From assembly GCA_041650735.1 (NCBI GenBank), contig JBAZKP010000001.1, positions 35,076-99,075 of the forward strand: 64,000 nucleotides of DNA, given 5' to 3'. Position numbers and translations under genes: made by a program. The DNA is from an archaeon (GTDB lineage Archaea > Iainarchaeota > Iainarchaeia > Iainarchaeales > JAAZKV01). Below the pieces are notes generated by a model that saw only the letters and a list, made by a program, of their open reading frames with translations, ran no database searches and was not told where the DNA came from. Below are positions 18,182-28,100 of this stretch, in pieces; the first letter of the stretch is position 1; every line of letters begins with the position of its first letter.

Positions 18182-19643
18182 AGTAACTTCAGAAATTGCT
18201 CAAATAAAATACCAGGAGCCATTCAAATTATACTTAAAAGAAAGCCAAAATGGGAATACTCCAAGTCTTCTAATGGAATCCAAATCACCAAACCAAAAAT
18301 ACCCGCGGAAAAGCATAATAGTTCCTAACCCAGCGGTAAAAATTGAAGGAAAAAATGAGGAATTCAAAATAACTGCCCTAAACAAAGCAGGCAAAAAAAT
18401 TCTTAACTTTTTTAGCAAAAAGGACTTTGATTATGCGATTAATTACTTCCAAGACAAGAAAACCATTAAAGGAAAAGTTTTGAAACAGGAAAACAAAAAT
18501 GCAAACGAAGAAAAGGAAGCAAAACTAAAAAATATTTCATGCGTAATAAAAACAGTGCTAAATAAATTTGATTCTTCGGACTCTTGTGCAGGGGTATACG
18601 GCGTTTTTGCTTATGATTTTGCAAAAAACTTTTACAAAGTAGAAGAGAGACAAAAAGAAGAAAACATTAATGATTTTGAATTATTTTTACCAACCAAAAT
18701 ATACCTTTTACATGATAATGAAAAAAGGGCAGAAATGCATGAATTCCTATTTAACTCAGAAAAATTTGAAGAAGAAAAACCAAAAAAAAGCTTTTCATTT
18801 AAAAAACAAAAAAAACAAGAACAAACGGATTTGAGTGACGATCAATACAAAGAAGTTGTGGCAAAAAGTATTGAAGAAATAAAAAAAGGAAGAGTAATAC
18901 AATGTGTTTTGTCGAGAAAAACAACTGTTTCACTACAAAAACACCCAATAAAATCTTATGAATTACTAAGAGCAACAAACCCCTCTCCTTACTCATTTTA
19001 CTACAATCTTGGAAACAATGAAATACTATATGGAGCATCTCCTGAAATGCACATAAAAATATATAATACAAAAAAGGGAAAGGAAATTGAAATAAGACCA
19101 ATAGCTGGGACAATAATGCGTTCAAAAAATCCTCTTGAGGATGCAGAAGCAAGAAAAAACCTACTAAATGATGAAAAGGAAATCCGAGAACATACAATGC
19201 TAGTTGATTTAGCGAGACACGAAATTTACAAACTTTCAAAAACAAACAGCGTCGAAGTAATTGATCTTTTCACATTAGAAAATTATCCAAACCTATACCA
19301 CTTAGTTTCAGGGATAAAAGGAATGCTAAAAGAAAATAAAGATGCTGTGGACGCCTTATTGATTACCCTCCCCGCAGGAACACTAAGCGGAGCACCGAAA
19401 CAAGAAGCAATGAAAATGATAGAAGAATATGAAGGATCAAAAAGAGGATACTACGGCGGAGCAAGCGGATTATTAGCTTTCAATGGAGAATGCAACACAG
19501 GAATAACAATAAGAACAATTTACGTAAAAAACAATAACTCTGAAGTAAGGGGCGGAGCAGGAATAACTGCGCTTTCCACTCCTGAAAAAGAATTAAATGA
19601 AATAAAACTCAAAACATCAAAAGCAATGGAAGTACTAGGGTGA
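18171..19643 (+). CDS. trpE: Anthranilate synthase component I
   Basis: 'GTLSGAPKQEAMKMIEEYEGSKRGYYGGASG', 'GITIRT', 'GAGITALSTPEKE'. Overlaps the trpA end by 11 nt. Confidence 0.9.
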   Translation: MKIKVTSEIAQIKYQEPFKLYLKESQNGNTPSLLMESKSPNQKYPRKSIIVPNPAVKIEGKNEEFKITALNKAGKKILNFFSKKDFDYAINYFQDKKTIKGKVLKQENKNANEEKEAKLKNISCVIKTVLNKFDSSDSCAGVYGVFAYDFAKNFYKVEERQKEENINDFELFLPTKIYLLHDNEKRAEMHEFLFNSEKFEEEKPKKSFSFKKQKKQEQTDLSDDQYKEVVAKSIEEIKKGRVIQCVLSRKTTVSLQKHPIKSYELLRATNPSPYSFYYNLGNNEILYGASPEMHIKIYNTKKGKEIEIRPIAGTIMRSKNPLEDAEARKNLLNDEKEIREHTMLVDLARHEIYKLSKTNSVEVIDLFTLENYPNLYHLVSGIKGMLKENKDAVDALLITLPAGTLSGAPKQEAMKMIEEYEGSKRGYYGGASGLLAFNGECNTGITIRTIYVKNNNSEVRGGAGITALSTPEKELNEIKLKTSKAMEVLG

Positions 19644-19647
19644 AAAA

Positions 19648-20286
19648 ATGGGTTCAAAACATAATACTAGTCTGAAAGTTAAGCAAAAATTGAAACACAC
19701 AAAAAACGGAAAAAAAATAAAAATCGTGTTCATAGACAACTATGATTCATTTGCCAACATAATTGAAGCATACTTTACAAATGCAAGAGCAGAAGTAATA
19801 ATGTATAAAAGCAACTGCTCAATAAAAACAATCCAAAAAGAAAACCCAAATCTCATTATACTAGGGCCTGGGCCAAACGGACCAAAAGAAGCGGGAAATT
19901 ACCTTGAAGTTATTGATAAATTCAAAGACAAAACACCAATATTTGGGATATGTCTTGGATTTCAAGCAATTATGGAATATTTTGGCGAACCTGTAAAGCC
20001 TCTACATGAAATAATGCATGGACAGGCAAGCGAAATAAATCATGATGGAAAAACAATCTTCAAAGGAATACAACCAAAACAAAAATTTGCAAGATATCAT
20101 TCTTTAGGAGTATTAAAGGTTCCGGCGGAATTTGAAATAAGCGCAAAAGCGGGAAATATTGTAATGGCCACACGCCACAAAACACTACCAATTGAAGGAG
20201 TACAATTCCACCCTGAATCAATCTTGTCAATGCAAAATAATGCAGGAAAAAAACTTGTAGAAAATATAGTGAGGAGATTAAAATGA
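19648..20286 (+). CDS. trpG: Anthranilate synthase component II (glutamine amidotransferase)
   Basis: 'IFGICLGFQ' catalytic Cys, 'GVQFHPES'. Confidence 0.9.
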   Translation: MGSKHNTSLKVKQKLKHTKNGKKIKIVFIDNYDSFANIIEAYFTNARAEVIMYKSNCSIKTIQKENPNLIILGPGPNGPKEAGNYLEVIDKFKDKTPIFGICLGFQAIMEYFGEPVKPLHEIMHGQASEINHDGKTIFKGIQPKQKFARYHSLGVLKVPAEFEISAKAGNIVMATRHKTLPIEGVQFHPESILSMQNNAGKKLVENIVRRLK

Positions 20287-21275
20287 AAGAAATACTTAAA
20301 AAATTAATAAAAAAAGAAGACCTAGATGAAAAAGACATTGATAAAATTGTAGAGGTAATAGAGAAAAACAATTATAGTACAATACAAATGGCAGGAATAT
20401 TATGTGCATTAGAATCAAAAAAAGTTACTGCGAATGAACTTACAATGCTTGTGAATAAATTAATCCAAAAGGCCACAATAGTTGAATTGGAAAAAGATTG
20501 CATTGATGTGTGTGGAACAGGAGGGGATGAAAAACAAACCTTCAATGTTTCCACCGCAGCGATGTTCGTTGTTGCCGGGGCAGGAGCAAAAGTAGCAAAG
20601 CACGGAAACAAAGCAGTATCCTCAAACAGCGGAAGCTATGATGTACTTGAAGCACTGGGAGTTAATATGGAAAGAGTAACCGCAGAACCAAAAAAAACAA
20701 TTGAAAAAACAAACATTGCATTCTTATTTGCGCCAAACCATCACCCTTTGTTCAAAAATATTGGGCCATTAAGAAAAGAACTAGGAATAAAAACAGTATT
20801 CAACTTAATGGGGCCATTACTAAATCCGGGAAAAGTTAAAAAACAACTAATGGGAGTATTTAATCCCGAAATAACAGAAACAATTGCCGAAGTCATGAAA
20901 AAAAGAGGAGTTGAACGAGCAATGGTTGTTCATGGCGAGGGGTTGGATGAAATAACAATCACGGGGAAAACAAAAATCAGCGAACTAAAAAATAACAAAA
21001 TAAGTACCTATTATTTTGACCCAAAAGAATTTGAAATTAATTACGCACCAATAGAAGAATTAAAAGTAAAAACAAAAGAAGAAAGTGCACAAATAATACT
21101 TGAAATACTTGAAGGAAAAAAATCAAAAAAAAGGGATATTGTGGTGATAAATGCCGCAGCTGGTTTAATTATTGCTGGAATTGCAAGGGATTTCAAAGAA
21201 GGCATTAAGCTTGCTGAAAAGTCAATTGATAGTGGAAAAGCACTAAAAGTGCTTGAAGAGCTAAAAAAACTGTAA
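20283..21275 (+). CDS. trpD: Anthranilate phosphoribosyltransferase
   Basis: 'DVCGTGGDEKQTFNVSTAA', 'KHGNKAVSSNSGSYDVLEALG'. ATGA overlap with trpG. Confidence 0.9.
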   Translation: MKEILKKLIKKEDLDEKDIDKIVEVIEKNNYSTIQMAGILCALESKKVTANELTMLVNKLIQKATIVELEKDCIDVCGTGGDEKQTFNVSTAAMFVVAGAGAKVAKHGNKAVSSNSGSYDVLEALGVNMERVTAEPKKTIEKTNIAFLFAPNHHPLFKNIGPLRKELGIKTVFNLMGPLLNPGKVKKQLMGVFNPEITETIAEVMKKRGVERAMVVHGEGLDEITITGKTKISELKNNKISTYYFDPKEFEINYAPIEELKVKTKEESAQIILEILEGKKSKKRDIVVINAAAGLIIAGIARDFKEGIKLAEKSIDSGKALKVLEELKKL

Positions 21276-21363
21276 AAAAATTTGCATTAAAACAAAAAAC
21301 AAGGGGTTAAGGAGAAGATTAAAAAGAAGGAAGAAACGTTAATATTTAAAAGAAGGCAAAAAA

Positions 21364-22470
21364 ATGACTGAAAAAGAAAAGATTATGGTGGATCCATGGG
21401 GAAAAGAGCTCGTGGAGGATTACAACAGGCTCATAAAAGAATTTGGGATGCAAGCATTTGACAACAATATTTTTCCAGAGCCAAATCTTCAGATGAGAAG
21501 AGGAATAAACTTTGGTATACAGGACGGGGAACAAATAGCAAAAGCTATTAAAGAAAAAAAACCTTTTTACTGTTTAACAGGAATAATGCCTTCAAGCGAA
21601 AAAATACATTTGGGTACGGAAACAGTTGTACAAAATGTAAAATACTTCCAAGAACACGGAGCAAAAACATTTGTAGTAATAGCCGATGCAGAATCACAAG
21701 CAACAAGAAACGTTTCCTTAGAAGAAGGAAAACGAAGAGCGATGGAATTCCATATACCAGCATACATAGCGCTTGGATTGGATATAAACAAAACAAATTT
21801 TTATTTGCAAAGCGAAAACAAAACAGTAAGCAACCTTGCAATAATATGCTCCCAAAAAATAACTGAAAACGAATTCAAAGCCATTTATGGTTCAGTGCAT
21901 CCAGCAAAAGTGATGAGCGCATTTACCCAAATGGGAGATATACTTTACCCACAATTAGAAGAAAAAATGCCAGGAATAATACCAGTAGGAATAGACCAGG
22001 CACCACACATACGCATGGTAAGGGATGTAGCCAGAAGACTAAAACAAGAATATGGCTTCTTCCTACCAAGTGCAGTATACAACAAGTACACTTCAGCGCT
22101 TGATGGTTCATTCAAAATGAGCAAAAATTCTGAAAGCATAGGAAAGATAGAAATACCTGAAAAGGACATGAATATATTAGAAAAAAAAATAAACAAAGCA
22201 CTTACCGGGGGAAGACCGACAAAAGAAGAACAAAGAGCAAAAGGCGGAGAAATAAACAAATGCGTTGTTTATGAATACTGCAAAAACCACTTCATCAAAA
22301 ATGATAAAGAACTACAGAAAATGTTTGAGGAATGCGTAACAGGAAAAAACCTTTGTGGAGAATGCAAAGCAAAATACGGGGCACCATACGCAAAAAAATT
22401 CTTTGCAGAGTTCAACAAAAAATTCTTAGAAGCAAAGAAGAACATCGGAAAAGTAAAATTTATCAGGTGA
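21364..22470 (+). CDS. trpS: Tryptophanyl-tRNA synthetase (archaeal/eukaryotic type)
   Basis: 'VDPWGKELVEDYNRLIKEFG', 'GIMPSSEKIHLG' (HIGH-type), 'VGIDQAPH', 'KMSKN' (KMSKS), C-terminal Cys cluster. Confidence 0.85.
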   Translation: MTEKEKIMVDPWGKELVEDYNRLIKEFGMQAFDNNIFPEPNLQMRRGINFGIQDGEQIAKAIKEKKPFYCLTGIMPSSEKIHLGTETVVQNVKYFQEHGAKTFVVIADAESQATRNVSLEEGKRRAMEFHIPAYIALGLDINKTNFYLQSENKTVSNLAIICSQKITENEFKAIYGSVHPAKVMSAFTQMGDILYPQLEEKMPGIIPVGIDQAPHIRMVRDVARRLKQEYGFFLPSAVYNKYTSALDGSFKMSKNSESIGKIEIPEKDMNILEKKINKALTGGRPTKEEQRAKGGEINKCVVYEYCKNHFIKNDKELQKMFEECVTGKNLCGECKAKYGAPYAKKFFAEFNKKFLEAKKNIGKVKFIR

Positions 22471-22475
22471 AAAAA

Positions 22476-23210
22476 ATGATAAGACAATTTGACAGCAATA
22501 ATGGAAAAAGATTCATTAAAGCAAAAATACCTTTCAACAGAAAAAAACTTAATGGCAAGCCCACGCTGCCTAAAGCAGTAATAAGACAAAACCAGTTAAG
22601 AGGAAAGTTTAATTCCATGATAAAACAACTCTCACTTACCCCAACAAGAGAAATTGGAACAGGAATAGATTACTTGCACAATTTTTTCATGGGAAAAAAA
22701 AGAAAAACAATAAGAATTGATTTAAAATTCTCTTTTGGAGACTTAGGCGAACACATAATAAAAACAAGGGTTAGAAACAGAAAACTAATAAATGAATCCG
22801 AATGGATATTCGCCATTGACAGGAACAGCCAAATCCATGTTTTCCCAACAAAAGCTCTAAAACAATACGTTCACACCAACTGGGGAAACTTATCAAAAAA
22901 ACTAGTGATAAACAAAGGCTCGTATCAAGAAATGCTTGTAAGCCTTTTTGATTTATATTCAAAACTTAAGGTAACCCCAATCATTGCAGGGCTTAATCCA
23001 AAAGAAATAACTGAGGCTCTTGCAAAAATGAAAAAACAACAATTCAAAGAAGAAAAGGAATCAATCCAACAAAAAACAAATGGAACAATAAATCCATTAA
23101 AACAAGAACGATTCCCTCGAGTACCAAGAAAACCATACTTAAACCCGAGTCTGGACCAAAGAAGGCGCATAAGAATGAACGGCAATCTAAAAATACCAGG
23201 AAACAGGTAA
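22476..23210 (+). CDS. Hypothetical 244-aa basic protein, 5 nt downstream of trpS
   Basis: ATG at 22476 preceded by GGTGA. The longer track ORF from 22332 overlaps trpS and is rejected. Confidence 0.5.
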   Translation: MIRQFDSNNGKRFIKAKIPFNRKKLNGKPTLPKAVIRQNQLRGKFNSMIKQLSLTPTREIGTGIDYLHNFFMGKKRKTIRIDLKFSFGDLGEHIIKTRVRNRKLINESEWIFAIDRNSQIHVFPTKALKQYVHTNWGNLSKKLVINKGSYQEMLVSLFDLYSKLKVTPIIAGLNPKEITEALAKMKKQQFKEEKESIQQKTNGTINPLKQERFPRVPRKPYLNPSLDQRRRIRMNGNLKIPGNR

Positions 23211-23260
23211 ATAACAAATAAAGCCTAAAAAATTAAACAAAAAACATACTTGATTAATTT

Positions 23261-23761
23261 ATGAAAAAAATTATATTAAAGCCGGCAGAAGAAAATGATG
23301 CTAAATTTATTTACAATCTAACCAAAGAAAAAAAATTTTCTAAATACTACTTAGGAAGGCTAATAGCAAAATCACTAAAAGAACAAAAAGATAAAATACA
23401 AAAATTCAATAAATTAGCTGAAAAAGACTTAAGGTATTATTTTGTCATAATGAGAGGAAAAGAAAAAGTAGGGATAATTGATTTATACAAAATAAGCCTG
23501 CAAGATAAAAGATTCTCATTAGGATACGGGGTCAGCGAAAAATACCACAAGAAAGGAATTGCTAAAAAAGCCGTAAAACAAGCGCTAAAGTTTGCAAAGA
23601 AAAAAGGACTATATGGTTGTGAAGCAATAGTGGACCCAAAAAACATTGCGAGCAAAAAAGTGCTTGAGAAAAACGGGTTTAAAAAAATAGGGTTAATTAA
23701 AGATTATTACTTTGAAGAAAACAAATACTGGGACATTGAATTATATTGGAAAACACTGTGA
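23261..23761 (+). CDS. GNAT-family N-acetyltransferase (RimJ/RimL-like)
   Basis: 'GYGVSEKYHKKGIAKKAVKQALKFAKKKG' acetyl-CoA binding motif A region. The size fits. Confidence 0.7.
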   Translation: MKKIILKPAEENDAKFIYNLTKEKKFSKYYLGRLIAKSLKEQKDKIQKFNKLAEKDLRYYFVIMRGKEKVGIIDLYKISLQDKRFSLGYGVSEKYHKKGIAKKAVKQALKFAKKKGLYGCEAIVDPKNIASKKVLEKNGFKKIGLIKDYYFEENKYWDIELYWKTL

Positions 23762-23771
23762 AGGAATTTGA

Positions 23772-24632
23772 ATGAAAAAAATGATTGGAGAATTAATTGA
23801 ATTCAAAACAAAAGACAACCTTACCATACACGGATTCTTAAAAAAATCAAGGGAAGGAAACAAAAAACTAATAATTCACATACATGGAATGTGCGGTGAT
23901 TTCTTTAGATTTCCATTAACATGGGTTCTTTCAAAAAAAATAGAAAAAACGGACAAAGATATTTTCCTCATAAACACCAGAGGAACTGGGTTAATAACAA
24001 GGTTTTTCAAAGGAAAAAAAAGAAAATTAATAGGAACAGCAAACGAAAAATTTGAGGAATCAATATATGATATTGATGCAGCAATAAAAACAGGAAAAGA
24101 ACTTGGATATAAAGAATTCATCCTAAGTGGGCATAGCACAGGATGCCAAAAAATAAGTTATTACCAGGAAAAGAAAAAAAATAATAAAGTAAAAGCTCTT
24201 TTACTGCTCGCACCAGGAGATGATTACAATCTTGCAAAAACAAAATTAAATAAAAAATTCAAAAAAGCAGTTCTAATGGCTAAAAAAATGGTTTCAAAAG
24301 GAAAAGGAGAAAAACAAATGCCTGAATGGGTTACTCCTTACTCAGCAAAAAGATTTTTGAGTTACGCTGACACGAAAAACATTGAATGTAATTTGTTTAA
24401 TTACAGCGGAGAACTCAAAGTTTTTTCAAAAATAAAAGAACCAATCCTTGTTGTATTTGGAACAAAAGAGCCAAAAACTGATAAGACGCCAAAAGAAATG
24501 CTTGAGCTTTTACGGAAAAAAACTAATTCAAAAATCCTTATTACTGTAGAAATAAAAGGAGCAAAGCACTCCTTTAATGGATTTGAAGAACAAACAAGCA
24601 AAACAATAAGAAATTTCCTAAAATTAATCTGA
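23772..24632 (+). CDS. Alpha/beta-fold hydrolase
   Basis: Oxyanion 'IHIHGM', nucleophile elbow 'SGHSTGCQ', late 'GAKHSF' His. Confidence 0.6.
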   Translation: MKKMIGELIEFKTKDNLTIHGFLKKSREGNKKLIIHIHGMCGDFFRFPLTWVLSKKIEKTDKDIFLINTRGTGLITRFFKGKKRKLIGTANEKFEESIYDIDAAIKTGKELGYKEFILSGHSTGCQKISYYQEKKKNNKVKALLLLAPGDDYNLAKTKLNKKFKKAVLMAKKMVSKGKGEKQMPEWVTPYSAKRFLSYADTKNIECNLFNYSGELKVFSKIKEPILVVFGTKEPKTDKTPKEMLELLRKKTNSKILITVEIKGAKHSFNGFEEQTSKTIRNFLKLI

Positions 24633-24681
24633 TTATATGACTTGAAGTAATAAATACTACTTCCCCCCAAATTATAAGAAT

Positions 24682-25179
24682 ATGAAAAATAATAACACAA
24701 TAAATGCTTCTCCGCTAATATTACCCGTAGAAATTCTAACAGGAATACCTGAAATACAGGACATTGAATTTCACAAAAAAATATATTTAGGAGTGAAAAA
24801 AGGAACATTTGAAAAACTATCAAAAACATCCAAGACAAATCCAAAAAAAGAACTTAAGCTAATGGAAAAAACATTCACTGAACTGGGTTGGGGAGAAATA
24901 AAAAACATTGATATGCAAAAAGAATCCAAAAAAGCAATAATAATAGTGGAAAATTCTCCTTTTGCAGCATTATTAAAAGGAAAAACAAAATTGCCTGCAG
25001 ATGTTTTGCTCCGCGGAGCACTAGCAGGAATATTTTCAAAAATATTCAATGAAGACATTGATTGTGTGGAATCAGAATGCTCTGCCCTCCAAGGGAAACA
25101 ATGCAAATTTATAATAAAGCCAAAAATGGAGTTTGATTTTTCAAACAAAATAGTGCAAGACCAATTAAGCCACGAATGA
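24682..25179 (+). CDS. V4R-domain protein (small-molecule-binding domain)
   Basis: C-terminal 'LRGALAGIFSKIFNEDIDCVESECSALQGKQCKFIIKPK' matches the V4R pattern with conserved Cys. Confidence 0.5.
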   Translation: MKNNNTINASPLILPVEILTGIPEIQDIEFHKKIYLGVKKGTFEKLSKTSKTNPKKELKLMEKTFTELGWGEIKNIDMQKESKKAIIIVENSPFAALLKGKTKLPADVLLRGALAGIFSKIFNEDIDCVESECSALQGKQCKFIIKPKMEFDFSNKIVQDQLSHE

Positions 25180-25211
25180 AAACTAATTGCAGGAAGAAAA
25201 GAAGCCAAGAA

Positions 25212-26495
25212 TTAAGGCTTAATCTCTGTTTTTCCATTCATATAAGGCTGAAGAGCTTTAGGAATTCTAATTGTACCATCTTTTGTTTGATAATTTTCTA
25301 TTAGTACTCTTAGAGTTCTTGTAGTTGGGACCATAGTGTTATTTAGAGTGTGAATATAATCTTTTGTCCCATCTTTCTTTTTATATTTAATATTCAATCT
25401 TATAGCTTGGTAAGCAGTACAATTTGAACAACTCCCTAACTCAATATATTTTTGTTCTCTTGGAGACCAACATTCTAAATCAAATTTTTTTGCAGCAACA
25501 ACACCCATATCTCCGGTACAAACATTAACTATCCTATAAGGTATTTCAAGTTTTTGAAAAAAAAGTTCTTGGTTTTTTGACAAATCATCAAATTCCTTCC
25601 AAGAATTCTCTGGTTTGCAAAACACAACCTGTTCAATTTTGTTGAACTGATGAACCCTAAAAAAACCTCTCTCATCCAAACCATGCTTTCCTATTTCTTT
25701 TCTAAAACAAGGACTCATACCAGCAAGTTTTATTGAGTTATCAAGATCTTTTTCTTCAAAAGTTTCATCCATATACATTGAAACCATTGGATGTTCTGAA
25801 GTCGCAATCATGTAGTTATCTTCTCCATCAATCTTATACATCACAGTTTCAAAATCACCTAAATCAGTTACTCCTGCATAGGCTTGCCTATTCATCATTA
25901 AAGGGGGTTGCACAGGAACAAACCCTTTACCAATTAGTATTTCTAAAGCTAATCTCTGTAAAGCAAGATCAAGCATAGCTAAATCGCCCTTCAAATAAAA
26001 AAATCCTTCACCAGCTATCTTTACAGCTCTATCAAAATCAGCAACCCCAAGACTCTTTGCTAATTCTCCATGGTGCCTAAGCTCAAAATCCGGTTTCTTA
26101 GCTTCACCCCAAAATTTTATAGGCACATTTTCTTCAGAGTCCTTTCCAAAAGGAACAGAATCATGCAACAAATTAGGTATTCGCATAAGCAAATTCTTAT
26201 TCTCTATTTCAAGTTCCTTCATTCTTAATTCTTTTTTCTTTAATTCTTCAGGAGCTGATTTTGCTTTTTCAAGTAAATCCTTAATGTCTTTTCCATTAGC
26301 CTTAGCAACCTTAATTTCTTCAGTAATAGTGTTTCTTTTCGCTCTAATCTCATCAACTTCACCCTTTAATTGACGCCATTCCTTATCCTGATTAACCCAT
26401 AAATCAAGTTTTGAAATAACATCAAGATCCCGTCTCCCCTCGAGGTTCCCCTTAACCATAGTATAGTTTTCCCTAATAATTCTTGGATCAATCAA
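25212..26495 (-). CDS. serS: Seryl-tRNA synthetase (bacterial-type)
   Basis: Coiled-coil N-arm 'MIDPRIIRENYTMV', motif 2 'FFRVHQFNKIEQ', motif 3 region 'TLNNTMVPTTRTLRVLIENYQ'. Confidence 0.92.
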   Translation of the reverse strand: MIDPRIIRENYTMVKGNLEGRRDLDVISKLDLWVNQDKEWRQLKGEVDEIRAKRNTITEEIKVAKANGKDIKDLLEKAKSAPEELKKKELRMKELEIENKNLLMRIPNLLHDSVPFGKDSEENVPIKFWGEAKKPDFELRHHGELAKSLGVADFDRAVKIAGEGFFYLKGDLAMLDLALQRLALEILIGKGFVPVQPPLMMNRQAYAGVTDLGDFETVMYKIDGEDNYMIATSEHPMVSMYMDETFEEKDLDNSIKLAGMSPCFRKEIGKHGLDERGFFRVHQFNKIEQVVFCKPENSWKEFDDLSKNQELFFQKLEIPYRIVNVCTGDMGVVAAKKFDLECWSPREQKYIELGSCSNCTAYQAIRLNIKYKKKDGTKDYIHTLNNTMVPTTRTLRVLIENYQTKDGTIRIPKALQPYMNGKTEIKP

Positions 26496-26616
26496 CTAAA
26501 ACACCTAAATATGATTCATGCAAAACATTATTAAAACAGATTTCCAAACTCAAACCCACTAAGAATTCATTCCAACAAAAAAAGAATATTTAAACTAGTT
26601 CAGCACTAATTGATAC

Positions 26617-27675
26617 ATGGAAAACAACACAATCCCATTCATAGTAGACATGCATACTCACCTAAACGAAAAAAAAGTAAAGCCAGAAAACTGGTGGAGA
26701 GAAGCAAAGAAAAAAAAATTATGCGCAATAGCAATAACTGAACACTCTTACTATGAACCAAGAGAAGCTTATTTGAAACTAAAAGAAATTCAACCAAAAA
26801 ATATTTTGTTAATACCTGGAATGGAAGCAAAAACCACTGCAGGAGACTTATTATTATATGGGACAAACGAATCAATTTATGATATTAAAGAATTACAAAA
26901 AATCAATGTATCAATAGAAAAGGTATTGCGAATAGCAAAAAAAAATAATTTGCTAATAAGTTTTGCCCACCCTTATGGATACAAGCTTGATTCTGTTTGT
27001 GAAGTAATAGGTGAAAAAAAAGCAAAGCAACTCGTTAAAAAATATGGGACAGGAATCGAGTACTACAACGGAATGCTGGGCTCTGCTAATGAACTTATTT
27101 TTGGCAGAAAATGGGTAAAAAAATTTTATGGAATACTTAGTTTTGTTGAAAAAAATAAAGCTACAAGCGCTTTAAAAATAAATAAAACAACCAACCCAAC
27201 AAAACAAAAAATGGAGTCCCTGGCAGAAGAAACACTGAACAGAGTAAAAAAAGGAATGTTATTTGAAAAAAACGCTTCTTTTATAACCACTGGAAGCGAT
27301 GCCCATTATCCTAAATCAATAGGAAGTTCAGTAATTGAACTAAAGAAAAAACCAAAAAACGAAAAAGAATTGGTTGAAATGATAAAGAAAAAAGAAATTC
27401 TGTGGGCAGGGCCCAATATTTATTCAAAAAGCCCTGTAGATATAATAGGCAAAAAAGAAATGGTTGAAGGCTTAACATACCTGACAAAGAAAAAAGTCCT
27501 AAGGAAAAGAAAAACTGGTTTTGCAAGCAAAATTTCCAAGAAAATAAGGCTAGGCAAAAGAATAAAAACAATAAAAAGAATATCTAAGAAGGTAGGTTTC
27601 ACGAAAATAAAGGAAAAAATGCCTAAGTTTAAACTGAAAAAAAGAATAATTAGCTGGAAAAAAACAAAAAGCTGA
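26617..27675 (+). CDS. PHP-domain metal-dependent phosphoesterase with a roughly 85-aa Lys-rich tail
   Basis: 'VDMHTHL', 'ITEHSY', 'FAHPYG', 'GSDAHYP'. The tail is K/R-rich low complexity. Confidence 0.6.
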   Translation: MENNTIPFIVDMHTHLNEKKVKPENWWREAKKKKLCAIAITEHSYYEPREAYLKLKEIQPKNILLIPGMEAKTTAGDLLLYGTNESIYDIKELQKINVSIEKVLRIAKKNNLLISFAHPYGYKLDSVCEVIGEKKAKQLVKKYGTGIEYYNGMLGSANELIFGRKWVKKFYGILSFVEKNKATSALKINKTTNPTKQKMESLAEETLNRVKKGMLFEKNASFITTGSDAHYPKSIGSSVIELKKKPKNEKELVEMIKKKEILWAGPNIYSKSPVDIIGKKEMVEGLTYLTKKKVLRKRKTGFASKISKKIRLGKRIKTIKRISKKVGFTKIKEKMPKFKLKKRIISWKKTKS

Positions 27676-27679
27676 TAAA

Positions 27680-28087
27680 ATGAAATACTCAATAACAGAA
27701 AGCACGGATGTGGAAAAACTTCCAAGAGACATTACTGAAATACATTTAGTAAGACCAATAAAAAAAGATAAACTATTGTCGTTAATTGCCCGATGCCCAA
27801 TAAAAATAATTACTTTATCAACTTCATGCTTGAAAAGGCTTCCAATAAAAACACAAAAAAGATTAAAAGAAAAAGGAGTATCATTAGCAATAGAAAAAAG
27901 GAGAGGAAGAGCAATTGATATTCCTATGGACAAAATGCTCCAAATAATTGAATTAAGAAAAGATTTTCAGACAGTAAGGGAAATAGAACGCATTACAAGC
28001 ATCCCAAAATCGACCGTGCACTACCTGCTTAAATACGCTGACAGAGGAAAAATAAAGAAAGGCGCAAATGTTGTTTACTTAAAATAA
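27680..28087 (+). CDS. Hypothetical 135-aa protein with C-terminal HTH (possibly DUF1699-like)
   Basis: 'VREIERITSIPKSTVHYLLKYA'. Lies 4 nt after the PHP gene. Confidence 0.4.
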   Translation: MKYSITESTDVEKLPRDITEIHLVRPIKKDKLLSLIARCPIKIITLSTSCLKRLPIKTQKRLKEKGVSLAIEKRRGRAIDIPMDKMLQIIELRKDFQTVREIERITSIPKSTVHYLLKYADRGKIKKGANVVYLK

Positions 28088-28100
28088 AAAAATGACTTAT

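Noticed and set aside
22332-22475. 5' extension of the post-trpS ORF (track start 22332), and similar TTG/GTG-extended starts at 204, 11927, 13412, 17354, 37370, 43627, 52406, 55185, 58089 and 58983
   Set aside because: The extensions overlap the preceding gene or add hydrophobic or implausible leaders. In each case an internal ATG with an SD or TATA context gives a protein that begins where homologues begin.
24771-25208. 145-aa minus-strand ORF
   Set aside because: It is antisense to the V4R-domain gene. The F/S-rich content and lack of motifs contrast with the sense frame, which has the conserved V4R Cys pattern.
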